NCBI GenBank assembly: GCA_046537875.1
Contig: JBKHJZ010000002.1
Location: forward strand, 50-64,049
DNA from: Acidimicrobiia bacterium
GTDB taxonomy: Bacteria; Actinomycetota; Acidimicrobiia; Acidimicrobiales; VFJN01
Length of the DNA: 64,000 bases
Reading direction: 5' to 3'
This document shows, in pieces, positions 1 through 8,441 of the stretch (positions are counted from its first letter, which is position 1; each line of letters begins with the position of its first letter). The position numbers and the translations under genes were made by a program. The notes below the pieces were generated by a model that was not told the origin of the DNA, ran no database searches, and saw only the letters and a list, made by a program, of their open reading frames with translations.

Positions 1-659
1 CCCGCCAGACCGAGCGCCGCAGACGCGAGCCCGACGAGGAGCACTGGCGCTCGGTCGGTCGCCTGCGAAGCTGACGCCGTGGCCTGCCGCTCCACGGTCT
101 CGTCGACGTCCTGGCCGGAGGAACGCTCGAGCGACGCCTCGGTGGCGACCGCGAACGTGATGCCCGCGTCGGCGGCCAACGGAGCCAGCCCGTCGGCGAG
201 CGCGTCGACGTCGTCCACCTCGGTGATCGGATCGCACAGGAACGTGTAGTTGCGCTCCCCGCCGGGTCCTCGGGCCTGGACGGGGATGAAATAGCCGGTC
301 CCGACCCGGTAGGGATACCCGGCGAGCCCGCCGGGATCGGGTGAGCTGAGCGCGAGCGTGTCTGGCGCTTCCCGCCGTCCGAGCACGGCGGTGACATCCA
401 TCGTCACCGTGGTCGCCCCGTGGTCGGGGCCGCCCTCGCGGACCGTGTCGATGTGCGTCACCGTGCCGAGGACCGCGAAGTCGTACCGCTCGAGGAAGCG
501 GTCGCCGGTCGAGAGCGATTCGTCCCCGGCCGCGATCGCCCGCGGCGATCCGTCCGGGTGGTCTGCGCACGAAAGTGCCGCAGCACGATGGCCGTGCAGC
601 ACGAGACCCGCGAGTGCGCCGCACGCCGCGGCGCCCAACACGAACGCCCGTGACCGCAT
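1..659 (-). CDS. hypothetical secreted or membrane-anchored protein (3' end runs off the left edge of the window)
   Basis: My own minus-strand translation from the ATG at 657..659 gives MRSRAFVLGAAACGALAGLVLHG..., a signal-peptide-like N-terminus. The frame stays open to position 1 with strong G/C third-position bias. The last visible residues are hydrophobic (PVLLVGLASAALGLA). It is absent from the ORF track because there is no in-window stop. Confidence 0.55.
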   Translation of the reverse strand, partial: MRSRAFVLGAAACGALAGLVLHGHRAAALSCADHPDGSPRAIAAGDESLSTGDRFLERYDFAVLGTVTHIDTVREGGPDHGATTVTMDVTAVLGRREAPDTLALSSPDPGGLAGYPYRVGTGYFIPVQARGPGGERNYTFLCDPITEVDDVDALADGLAPLAADAGITFAVATEASLERSSGQDVDETVERQATASASQATDRAPVLLVGLASAALGLA

Positions 660-917
660 GCGTGTTTGACGCCGGCGGGCCGAGCCTGGTTCCCCACGCT
701 CGCGAAGTATGGGCCGCCACCAAGGCGCCGCGCGCATGAGCCGCGACACGTCTGACCCCGGACAGTGGCCTGCCGTCCGCGACCGCGATGACTCGGACCT
801 GGAGACGGCTCGACGAGGCCGCCCTCTGGCCGGGTGACCCCCCAGCCGCGGACCCCGTTGATCGTCAGAGCCCCCGGTCAGGCCGGCCCGAAGTGACTGC
901 CGGATGCGAGAGTTCCG

Positions 918-1817
918 ATGGTGATCGATGTCCCCGCGGTCGTGCGCAACAAGGCCCTCGCCGTCGGCGCCGGGACGTGGCTCGACGACCTGCCCGCGCT
1001 GGTTGCAGGGCTCGAACGGGAGTGGGGGGTGACGGTGGGTCGCCCCTTCGGTGATGCAACAGAGGCGTTCGTCGCGCAGGCGACCCTCGGGGACGGCACA
1101 CCCGCTGTGCTGAAGCTCGTCGTGCCGCAAGCCGGTGCCGGTGACGCAGCCGGCAACGAGATCACGGTGCTGCGACTCACCAAGGGCGAAGGCTGTGTCC
1201 GGCTGCTCCGGGACGACCCGGCGCGCGGCGCGATGCTCCTCGAGCGGCTCGGCCGGTCGATGCACGAGCTGGCCATTCCGGTGGGCCGGCGACTCGAGCT
1301 CCTCTGCGCCACGGCCGCCCGGGTGTGGCGCCCGGCGCCCGGATCCGGCCTCCCCAGTGGCGCGCAGAAGGGCCGGTGGCTGACCGAGCTCATCATCGAG
1401 ACGTGGCACGAGCTCGATCGCCCGTGCTCCGAGCGAGCGGTCGACCACGCGCTCGCCGCCGCCGAGCGTCGCATCGCCGCTCATGACGATGAGCGCGCCG
1501 TGCTGGTCCACGGTGACGTCCACCAATGGAACGCGCTCGAGGCAAACGGCGGGTTCAAGCTCGTCGACCCCGACGGTCTCCTCGCGGAGGCCGAGTACGA
1601 CCTCGGCGTCCTCATGCGCGAGGACCCCCTCGATCTCCTCGCCGGCGACCCCCACGAACGCGCCCGGTGGCTGGCAACGCGCTCCGGCCTCGACGCAACG
1701 GCCATCTGGGAATGGGGTGCCATCGAGCGAGTCTCGACCGGGCTTCTCTGCACGAAGGTCGACCTGCAACCGGTCGGACGCCAGATGCTCGAGGTCGCCG
1801 ACCGGGTCGCGGACTAG
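918..1817 (+). CDS. aminoglycoside phosphotransferase family protein (APH(6)/streptomycin-kinase-like)
   Basis: 299-aa ORF. It has a Brenner-type kinase core, VLVHGDVHQWNAL, followed by LVDPDGLLAEAEYDLGVL. This resembles the HGDxHxxN ... DP.G ... YD pattern of the APH(6) family. Confidence 0.7.
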   Translation: MVIDVPAVVRNKALAVGAGTWLDDLPALVAGLEREWGVTVGRPFGDATEAFVAQATLGDGTPAVLKLVVPQAGAGDAAGNEITVLRLTKGEGCVRLLRDDPARGAMLLERLGRSMHELAIPVGRRLELLCATAARVWRPAPGSGLPSGAQKGRWLTELIIETWHELDRPCSERAVDHALAAAERRIAAHDDERAVLVHGDVHQWNALEANGGFKLVDPDGLLAEAEYDLGVLMREDPLDLLAGDPHERARWLATRSGLDATAIWEWGAIERVSTGLLCTKVDLQPVGRQMLEVADRVAD

Positions 1818-1888
1818 ACCATGACGGCTCCGAGCCGACGGCGGCCGGCTGAGCGGCCGGCGTGGTCACCCCGCCGGAACCGCCTGTC

Positions 1889-2836
1889 TCAGCGCACCGC
1901 GAAGGTGGATCCCTCGTCGCGGTCGGGGTCGAGTGCGCAGATCGGGTCGCGGACGTCGTCGATGTAGCCGAGGGCGTAGCCGCCCATGGCGTAGCCCATC
2001 AGCCGCTGGACGCGCTCGGGCAGCGCCGCGGCCACCTCGCGGGGCACCGACAGGTACTGGTTCTCCTCCTGGCGCAGCCAGCCCAGCGTGTAGTCGACGT
2101 TGACGCCGATCCGGGTCTCGTCGCTGGTGTTGGCGCCGCCGCCGTGCACGGTCGCCCCCGTGTACAGGAGCACGGAACCGCGCGGCATCGTGGCGCGGAG
2201 CACATCACCGTCCGTGTACGGCATCCCGGTGGTCCGGTGGCTGTCGGGCACCACCCGCGTGGCGCCGTTCTCCTCGGTGAAGTCGCACAGCGCCCACATG
2301 GTGGACACCTCGACGGTCAGCTCCGGCGGGAAGCGGTGGAAGTCGAAGCACCACTGGTCGCGATGCAGCGGTTGGGCGGCCTCGCCGGGGCCGATGGCGA
2401 TCGCCTGCGTCAGGTGCAGCTGGAACGTGGTCTTGTCGGAGCCGAGCGCCCGGTCGACCACGTCGAGCACGAGCGGGTGGGCGATCAACCCCACCGACGC
2501 GGACGACCGGGCGAGGAGCGCACCCGTGCGCCGGGTGCGCCGGCCGGTGAAGTCGTCACCCCCGGTGGGGGTGCGGCCGATCCACGGGTCCAGCTCGGCG
2601 GCCACGGCGTCACAGACGTCGGCGGGCACGAGCCGTTCGATGATGGCGCTGCCGTGGCGGTCCAGCGCCGCGGCGACCTCGTCGGCCGCGGCATTGGCGT
2701 CGAAGCGGGAGAGCTGCACGTCGTCCTCCGGGAGTCTCGTGCCCACATTCTGTCCCGCGAGGAGCTCCGCAGGTCCGGTCGTCAGCATCGACCCCTGGCA
2801 CGACGGCGAGCGGACAGCGAGGGGCGAGGCGACCAT
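1889..2836 (-). CDS. phytanoyl-CoA dioxygenase (PhyH) family Fe(II)/2-oxoglutarate oxygenase
   Basis: PhyH-like sequence: QPLHRDQW ... ENGATRVVPDSH ... GSVLLYTGATVHGGGAN, which fits an HxD...H iron triad. The track ORF start at 2977 overlaps the nrdJ 3' end. In-frame ATGs at 2836 and 2788 are more plausible starts. Confidence 0.75.
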   Translation of the reverse strand: MVASPLAVRSPSCQGSMLTTGPAELLAGQNVGTRLPEDDVQLSRFDANAAADEVAAALDRHGSAIIERLVPADVCDAVAAELDPWIGRTPTGGDDFTGRRTRRTGALLARSSASVGLIAHPLVLDVVDRALGSDKTTFQLHLTQAIAIGPGEAAQPLHRDQWCFDFHRFPPELTVEVSTMWALCDFTEENGATRVVPDSHRTTGMPYTDGDVLRATMPRGSVLLYTGATVHGGGANTSDETRIGVNVDYTLGWLRQEENQYLSVPREVAAALPERVQRLMGYAMGGYALGYIDDVRDPICALDPDRDEGSTFAVR

Positions 2837-2882
2837 GCGGTGGCCTCGCCCCTCGTCGTCAGCACAACGGTGCTCGCCGCCG

Positions 2883-5800
2883 TCAGCTGCAGCCGCTCGT
2901 GCTGCCGCAGCTCGGGCAGGCGTGGCACGAGCCCGCACGCTGCATCTGCACGCCGCACTGCATGCAGTAGGGGGCATCGGCGCTGGTGGCCTGCACCGGG
3001 TTGAGCGCCGGGTTCTGCCGCGCAGACGGCCGGTCCGGCTCGGTCACGCCGGCCCGCTCGAGCAGCGACGGCTCCTTCGGTGCGTCGGTGTCGAACAGCG
3101 ACGGCGACGACGAGTCGATCGACGGCGGGTCGGCGGCCACGTCCTGACCCTGGCGGGTCTGCACCACCGTCTCCTCGACGCCGGGCAGGGTCGGCTGGGT
3201 GCGCTCACCGGTGGTGAGGATGCCGAGCTCGGCCCGCTCCTCGTAGCTGAGGTAGTCGACCGCCAGGCGGCGGAAGATGTAGTCGAGGATCGAGGTGGCG
3301 ATGCGCAGGTCGGCATCGTCGGTGATCCCGGCCGGCTCGAACCGGGTGTTGGTGAACGCCTCGACGAAGTGGCGGAGCGGCACGCCGTACTGGAGGCCGT
3401 AGCTCACCGAGATCGAGAAGGCGTCCATGATGCCGGCCAGGGTCGAGCCCTGCTTGGACACCCGGAGGAAGATCTCGCCCGGTCGCCCGTCGGTGTACTC
3501 GCCGACCGTCACGAAGCCCTTGCAGTCGGCCACCCGGAACTCGAACGTCTTCGACGTGCGGTTCCGCGGCAGCTTCTCGCGCACCGGCACCTTGATGACC
3601 TTCTCGACCACCTTGGTCACCACCTCGCCGGGCATCGCGGCGGCGACCTCGTCGCCGGCATCCGGATCGGAGCGGGCCTCCTTCTTCGCCATCGACAGCG
3701 GCTGGCCGACCTTGCAGTTGTCGCGGTAGATCGCGATGGCCTTCACGCCCATGCGCCAGGCGTCGATGTGGATCTGCTCGACGTCCTCGACCGACACCTC
3801 CTCGGGCATGTTCACAGTCTTGGAGATGGCTCCCGAGATGAACGGTTGCACCGCCGCCATCATCCGCACGTGTCCCGTGTAGTGGATGGGGTTGTCGCCC
3901 ATCGAGCATGCGAACACCGGCAGGTGCTCGGAGGCCACGTGCGGGGCACCCAGGATCGACTTGTGCTCGTCGATGTAGGCGACGATCTCGTCGATCTGGC
4001 TCTGGCTGTAGCCCAGCTTCTCGAGGGCACGGGGCACGGTCTGGTTGACGATCGCCATCGTGCCGCCGCCGACCAGCTTCTTGAGCTTGACCAGGCCGAG
4101 GTCGGGCTCGATGCCGGTGGTGTCGCAGTCCATCATCAGCCCGATCGTGCCGGTGGGCGCCAGCACCGAGGCCTGGCTGTTGCGCACGCCGTACTGGTCG
4201 GCGAGCTCGCACGCGTCGTCCCAGCTCTCCTGCGCGGCCGACAGCAGGTGGGGCGGCACCAGCTCCTCGTCGATCTCGGCGGCCGCCTCCTGGTGCTGGG
4301 CCAGCACCCGCAGCATGTGCTCGCGGTTCTCCGCGTATCCGGCGAACGGGCCCATGCGGGCGGCCGTGCGGGCCGAGACCTCGTAGGCATGCCCGGTCAT
4401 CAGCGCCGTGACGGCCGCCGCGTAGGCGCGGCCGGCGTCGCTGTCGTACGGGAGCCCGAGCGCCATGAGCATGGCGCCGAGGTTGGCGTAGCCCAGCCCC
4501 AGCTGCCGGAACCGGCGCGACGTGTCGGCGATCGCCTCGGTCGGGTAGTCGGCCCGGCCCACCAGGATCTCCTGCGCGGTGAAGATCACCTCGACCGCGT
4601 GGCGGAAGCTGTCGACGTCGAACACGTCGTTGGCGTCGAGGAACTCGAGCAGGTTGAGGCTGGCCAGATTGCAGGCAGAGTTGTCGAGGTGCATGTACTC
4701 GGAGCAGTTGCGCACCACGACGCCATTGGCCACGTACGAGTGGTTCCGCGGCTCGCTCAGGTTGTAGGTGAGCTCGATGCCCTCGTCGGTCCGCTCGACG
4801 AGACGAGCGGTGGTGTCGACGTCGTACGTCCCGCGGGAACGCCCCGTGATGATGGCGCTCAGCACGTCCTGCTTGGCCGCCAGGCCGAACCCGATCTCGG
4901 CCGCGAAGCGATCGATCGACCCCGACGTGATCCGCAGGTCGTACGAGGCCTTGCGCTCGTAGCTCGCGTCGCGGCCGTCGCGTCGGGTGTACGCGAACTG
5001 CGACGGGCCCGCCTCGTTGGCGCGGTAGATGCGGCTCGTGATGCCGAAGGTGCTCAACACCCGCTGCACGCCGCGGAGCAGCTCGGGCGAGATCGAGCTC
5101 AGCCCGACATACGAGCCCTTGTCTGGGTTGTGAACGGCGCACCCGTCCGCGTCGAACAGCCCCCGGAGGAACGCAGCGACGGCGTCGGCCGGCGCCTGCT
5201 CGATCGCCCACGGGACGACCTTGTGCTCGCCCGTCACCGACCGGACGCCGAGAGCCTCGAGGAACCGCTTGAACGGCCGGCGGGTGAGCCGAAGCTGGGC
5301 GGTGCCGTTCGGCTGCTCTGACACCTTGAGCGGGCGGTCGCCGTTGATCCACCTGAGCAGATCGGCATGCTGCGGGAGGATCTCGGAGCGGTCGTCGGCG
5401 GAGCCGTAGGTCGTCACCGTGCTCCGGCCCGAGGTCGAGCCGTCGCCGATGAGCCAGCCCACGTAGTGCGCGAAGTCGTCGCTCCACACGTCCGGCAGGC
5501 GCAACAGGTCGCCGTGGTCGCCCTTCTGGCGGTAGGTGTCGGGATCGCTGCTGACCGGCAGCACTGGATCGGCATTGATCGGCGGCGTGGGAACGTCGAG
5601 GGTGCGGACCTGGTCGTCGGTCGTGAGATCACGCGCTGCGACGTATCCGCGATTCGCCGTGAAGACCCGGTGGTCTGGCGTGCAACGCAGCTCCATCCCG
5701 TTGTCGAACCGCAACCGGACGATCGGGTTCCGGCCGGTGATCATGAAGGCGTCGGGGGTTGTCAGCACGGACTGCGCCTGCGGCGCATCCGGGTTCGTGA

Positions 5801-6968
5801 CGTCGTGGGTGTAGACGCCGAATGGCTCGCCACGGTTCGCCCTGTCGAAGAGCTCGGCGAACCGGACGAGCCCCTTGTCGGTGTGGACGAGCGTGTCGGC
5901 CGTGAAGCAGGGGTTGCTGCCGTTGATGCGGCCGGTCTCGGCGGCGGTGTGCCAGCGGTTGATCGTGGTGTCGAACTGCATGCCCGGGTCGGCGCACTCC
6001 CAGGTCGCCTGGCACAGCTGCCGGAACAGCTCGCGGGCCCGCACGGTCCGCACGACACGGCCGGTGGTGACCTCGCGCAGCGCCCAGTCGGCGTCGTCGA
6101 CGACCGCCTGCATGAACTCGTCGGTCACCCGCACCGAGTTGTTGGCGTTCTGGTACTGGATCGAGTGACCGTCGCTGCCGTCGAGATCCATGTCGAAGCC
6201 GGCCTGCTCGAGCACCCGGGCCTTGCGCTCCTCGAGCGCCTTGCACCAGATGAACTCCTCGACGTCCGGGTGGTCGATGTCGAGGATGACCATCTTCGCG
6301 GCGCGCCGGGTCTTGCCCCCCGACTTGATCGTGCCGGCCGAGGCGTCGGCCCCGCGCATGAAGCTCACCGGACCCGAGGCCGTGCCACCGCCCCGCAGCG
6401 GCTCGGCCGACGAGCGGATGCGCGACAGGTTCACGCCGGCGCCGGAGCCACCCTTGAAGATGATCCCCTCCTCCCGGTACCAGTTGAGGATCGAGTCCAT
6501 CGAGTCGTCGACCGAGAGGATGAAGCACGCGCTCGCCTGCTGCGGCACGCCCGTCACCCCGATGTTGAACCACACCGGGCTGTTGAAGGCGGCCTTCTGG
6601 GTGACCAGGAGGTGCTTCAGCTCCTCGTTGAAGACCCGCGCCTCACGATCGTCGACGAAGTAGCCGCCCTCGACACCCCACCGGGTGATCGTGTCGGCGA
6701 CCCGGTCGATGACGTCGCGCAGCGACGACTCGCGCCCGGGGGTGCCGAGCGTGCCGCGGAAGTACTTCTGGGCGACGATGTTCGTGGCGTTCATCGACCA
6801 CGTGGTGGGGAACTCGACCCCCGTCTGCTCGAACGCGATCGACCCGTCGCGGTAGTTGCTGATGCGCGCGTCGCGACGCTCCCAGTCGACCTGGTGGTAC
6901 GGGTGCACACCCTCGATGGTGAAGTGACGCCGGATGCCGATGCCGGCCTGCTCGGGAGCGAGAGCCAT
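2883..6968 (-). CDS. nrdJ: vitamin B12-dependent (class II) ribonucleotide reductase, interrupted by an intein
   Basis: Typical NrdJ N-terminus MALAPEQAGIGIRRHFT. Also present are ...QKYFRG, ACFILSVDDSMDSI, GGGTASGPVSFM and a C-terminal Cys-rich tail. The ATG at 6966..6968 is preceded by GGAGGA. The finger-loop motif GSNP/CSEYMHLDNSACNLASLNL is split by 401 aa. Confidence 0.95.
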   Translation of the reverse strand: MALAPEQAGIGIRRHFTIEGVHPYHQVDWERRDARISNYRDGSIAFEQTGVEFPTTWSMNATNIVAQKYFRGTLGTPGRESSLRDVIDRVADTITRWGVEGGYFVDDREARVFNEELKHLLVTQKAAFNSPVWFNIGVTGVPQQASACFILSVDDSMDSILNWYREEGIIFKGGSGAGVNLSRIRSSAEPLRGGGTASGPVSFMRGADASAGTIKSGGKTRRAAKMVILDIDHPDVEEFIWCKALEERKARVLEQAGFDMDLDGSDGHSIQYQNANNSVRVTDEFMQAVVDDADWALREVTTGRVVRTVRARELFRQLCQATWECADPGMQFDTTINRWHTAAETGRINGSNPCFTADTLVHTDKGLVRFAELFDRANRGEPFGVYTHDVTNPDAPQAQSVLTTPDAFMITGRNPIVRLRFDNGMELRCTPDHRVFTANRGYVAARDLTTDDQVRTLDVPTPPINADPVLPVSSDPDTYRQKGDHGDLLRLPDVWSDDFAHYVGWLIGDGSTSGRSTVTTYGSADDRSEILPQHADLLRWINGDRPLKVSEQPNGTAQLRLTRRPFKRFLEALGVRSVTGEHKVVPWAIEQAPADAVAAFLRGLFDADGCAVHNPDKGSYVGLSSISPELLRGVQRVLSTFGITSRIYRANEAGPSQFAYTRRDGRDASYERKASYDLRITSGSIDRFAAEIGFGLAAKQDVLSAIITGRSRGTYDVDTTARLVERTDEGIELTYNLSEPRNHSYVANGVVVRNCSEYMHLDNSACNLASLNLLEFLDANDVFDVDSFRHAVEVIFTAQEILVGRADYPTEAIADTSRRFRQLGLGYANLGAMLMALGLPYDSDAGRAYAAAVTALMTGHAYEVSARTAARMGPFAGYAENREHMLRVLAQHQEAAAEIDEELVPPHLLSAAQESWDDACELADQYGVRNSQASVLAPTGTIGLMMDCDTTGIEPDLGLVKLKKLVGGGTMAIVNQTVPRALEKLGYSQSQIDEIVAYIDEHKSILGAPHVASEHLPVFACSMGDNPIHYTGHVRMMAAVQPFISGAISKTVNMPEEVSVEDVEQIHIDAWRMGVKAIAIYRDNCKVGQPLSMAKKEARSDPDAGDEVAAAMPGEVVTKVVEKVIKVPVREKLPRNRTSKTFEFRVADCKGFVTVGEYTDGRPGEIFLRVSKQGSTLAGIMDAFSISVSYGLQYGVPLRHFVEAFTNTRFEPAGITDDADLRIATSILDYIFRRLAVDYLSYEERAELGILTTGERTQPTLPGVEETVVQTRQGQDVAADPPSIDSSSPSLFDTDAPKEPSLLERAGVTEPDRPSARQNPALNPVQATSADAPYCMQCGVQMQRAGSCHACPSCGSTSGCS
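4707..5909 (-). mobile_element. intein (401 aa) with LAGLIDADG homing-endonuclease domain, inside nrdJ
   Basis: Starts CFTADTLVHTDKG (Cys1) and has block B TPDH. LAGLIDADG motifs are YVGWLIGDGS (5436..5465) and FLRGLFDADG (5142..5171). It ends HSYVANGVVVRN and is followed by the +1 Cys of CSEYMHL. Its length is in frame at 1203 nt. Confidence 0.9.
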
Positions 6969-7091
6969 GAGGGGGTTCCTCCAAGGGGTCGTGCCGTGTG
7001 CGGGGAGAAGCGCCGGGGGCGGGGGGCCGGAGATCGGTGCGACCACCGAGTGGCAGCTTGCCCGGCTGGCTCGGCTCTGCCACCCCGTGGA

Positions 7092-7107
7092 CCACAAGAG
7101 ATTGTGG
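7092..7107 (-). promoter_or_regulatory. NrdR box 1 upstream of nrdJ
   Basis: CCACAAGAGATTGTGG is a palindrome in its outer 6+6 positions. It fits the NrdR-box pattern (acaCwAtATaTwGtgt-like) and lies in the nrdJ leader. Confidence 0.7.
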
Positions 7108-7133
7108 GAACCACCCGGCCCGATGCCCTCGGA

Positions 7134-7149
7134 CCACAAGATGTAGCGG
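7134..7149 (-). promoter_or_regulatory. NrdR box 2 (degenerate) upstream of nrdJ
   Basis: CCACAAGATGTAGCGG has the same left half as box 1 and a weaker right half. It begins 2 nt downstream of the predicted -10 element. It is 42 bp centre-to-centre from box 1. Confidence 0.5.
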
Positions 7150-7151
7150 TA

Positions 7152-7181
7152 ATTACACCACCGTAGTTACAGCCGTGTCAA
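7152..7181 (-). promoter_or_regulatory. sigma-A-type promoter of nrdJ
   Basis: On the minus strand: TTGACA (7176..7181), an 18-nt spacer, then TGTAAT (7152..7157). This sits in a locally AT-richer patch. Confidence 0.55.
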
Positions 7182-7294
7182 CGGCCTACCCGCTCCCGGA
7201 TCGGACGAGACCCACCGCACCGGTCCGCCCCGGCGCTGCCACCGGGGGGCCGCCGGTGGCGACGCCCCAGCTCGCCGCCCTCGGCTGCGCCGCC

Positions 7295-7339
7295 GCGATC
7301 GAGGTCACCGCGATCGATGTCACCGTGATCGATGGCCCC
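7295..7339. repeat. 3 x 15-bp tandem repeat, each unit containing (C)GATCG
   Basis: GCGATCGAGGTCACC / GCGATCGATGTCACC / GTGATCGATGGCCCC read directly from the sequence. It lies in the roughly 485-bp unassigned gap upstream of the nrdJ promoter. Confidence 0.8.
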
Positions 7340-7666
7340 CCGTCGCGTCACGCCCGAGCACGGTCGTCACCGGGAGGTCCTCTCCCGCGCCCGGGTGCCC
7401 GGCCCGGCGCGGACTCGCAGGTCGAGAGACACACCCCGCCTCCGCCAGTGGATGGCGACGAGGCTCCGGTCAGCCCCTCAGGAGTCGCTCAGCCCACCAC
7501 AGATGCATGGCAGCGACAGCCACCGTTCCGCTCGTCCGCGCCGGGGCACAGTGCACGCCCGCGAAGCTACGGTCCGGGCCTTGTGGACGACTAGAGGGAC
7601 ATCCTGTGAATTCCGGGTGGATTACCGTCGACGCCGTCCACAGTCGGGCTCCGATACGGTCCGATC

Positions 7667-8431
7667 GTGCGCATGATCTGGCCGGCCGCGGTCGATGACG
7701 TCGACCCGGACGCGCTGCTCCTCGGCGACGAACGCCCGCCGCACGCCGACCGACCCTGGGTGCTGGCCAACATGATCGCGACGGTCGACGGCGCCGCCAC
7801 CGACAGCGCCGGTCGCTCCGGAGGGTTGGGAGGGGCCGCCGACCGCCGGCTCTTCCGTGCCACCCGCGCCGTCGCCGACGTGATCGTCGCCGGCGCCGCC
7901 ACCGTGCTCGTGGAGGACTACGGGCCCCCTCGCACACCCACCGCCGTCCAGCGCCGCCGCCGCGCCGACGGCCGGTCGGCGCGGCCCCGCCTGGCCGTGG
8001 TCTCCGGATCGCTCGCGCTCGACCCGGCCAGCCGGCTGTTCAGCGACCCCTCCGCACGGCCGCTCGTCCTCACGTGCCGCCACCCCGATCCGGCCCGGCG
8101 CGCTGCGCTCACGGAGGTCGCCGACATCGTGGAGGTCGACGCCGGCGTCCCCGGCGCGCTCGACTGGCGCCTGGCGCTCGCCGAGCTGCGGCGCGAGGGC
8201 CACGCCGTCGCCCTCGTCGAGGGCGGGCCGCTCTCGAACGGGCAGCTCCTCGCCGACGACCTGGTCGACGAGGTGTGCCTCACGCTCTCGCCCGTGGTCG
8301 TCGGCGGCGATGCCTCCCGGATCGCACGGGGGCCCACGCCCGGTGTCCTGCGGCCGCTGCGGCTCGACCGCGTGCTCGAGGAGGACGGCTTCCTCTTCCT
8401 CCGCTACCTGCGCGACCGCACCCGCGGCTGA
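7667..8431 (+). CDS. RibD C-terminal domain / dihydrofolate-reductase-like (pyrimidine reductase family) protein
   Basis: ANMIATVDGAATDSAGRSGGLGG..DRRLFRATRAVADVIVAGAATV and VEGGPLSNGQLL match the RibD_C / DHFR-like reductase pattern. The start codon is GTG. Confidence 0.7.
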   Translation: MRMIWPAAVDDVDPDALLLGDERPPHADRPWVLANMIATVDGAATDSAGRSGGLGGAADRRLFRATRAVADVIVAGAATVLVEDYGPPRTPTAVQRRRRADGRSARPRLAVVSGSLALDPASRLFSDPSARPLVLTCRHPDPARRAALTEVADIVEVDAGVPGALDWRLALAELRREGHAVALVEGGPLSNGQLLADDLVDEVCLTLSPVVVGGDASRIARGPTPGVLRPLRLDRVLEEDGFLFLRYLRDRTRG

Positions 8432-8441
8432 GGCCCCGGCG

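Noticed and set aside
2100-5321. 1073-aa plus-strand ORF. Similar very long ORFs occur at 5367..7166, 21695..25738, 34292..37075, 44962..46638, 46768..48774, 43773..45089, 16572..18137 and 38062..39837.
   Set aside because: Each lies antisense to, or out of frame with, a gene that has clear conserved motifs. Their products are Arg/Pro/Gly/Ala-rich low-complexity strings with no recognisable domains. Long stop-free shadow frames are expected at this GC content.
6969-7150. Possible cobalamin riboswitch in the nrdJ leader.
   Set aside because: I could not find the conserved B12-box-like core or the expected multi-stem organisation by eye. NrdR boxes explain the regulation of this leader. A covariance-model scan would be needed to exclude a riboswitch formally.
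6998-7594. 198-aa plus-strand ORF spanning the nrdJ promoter/leader and the unassigned gap.
   Set aside because: Its 5' part overlaps the nrdJ start, the NrdR boxes and the promoter. It has no Shine-Dalgarno sequence and no domain, and its codon bias decays in the second half. I kept it only as a possibility within the gap finding.
7500-7666. Possible FMN riboswitch upstream of the RibD-C-like gene.
   Set aside because: None of the conserved FMN-element core sequences are visible. The downstream protein is a RibD_C/DHFR-like reductase, not a clear riboflavin biosynthesis gene.
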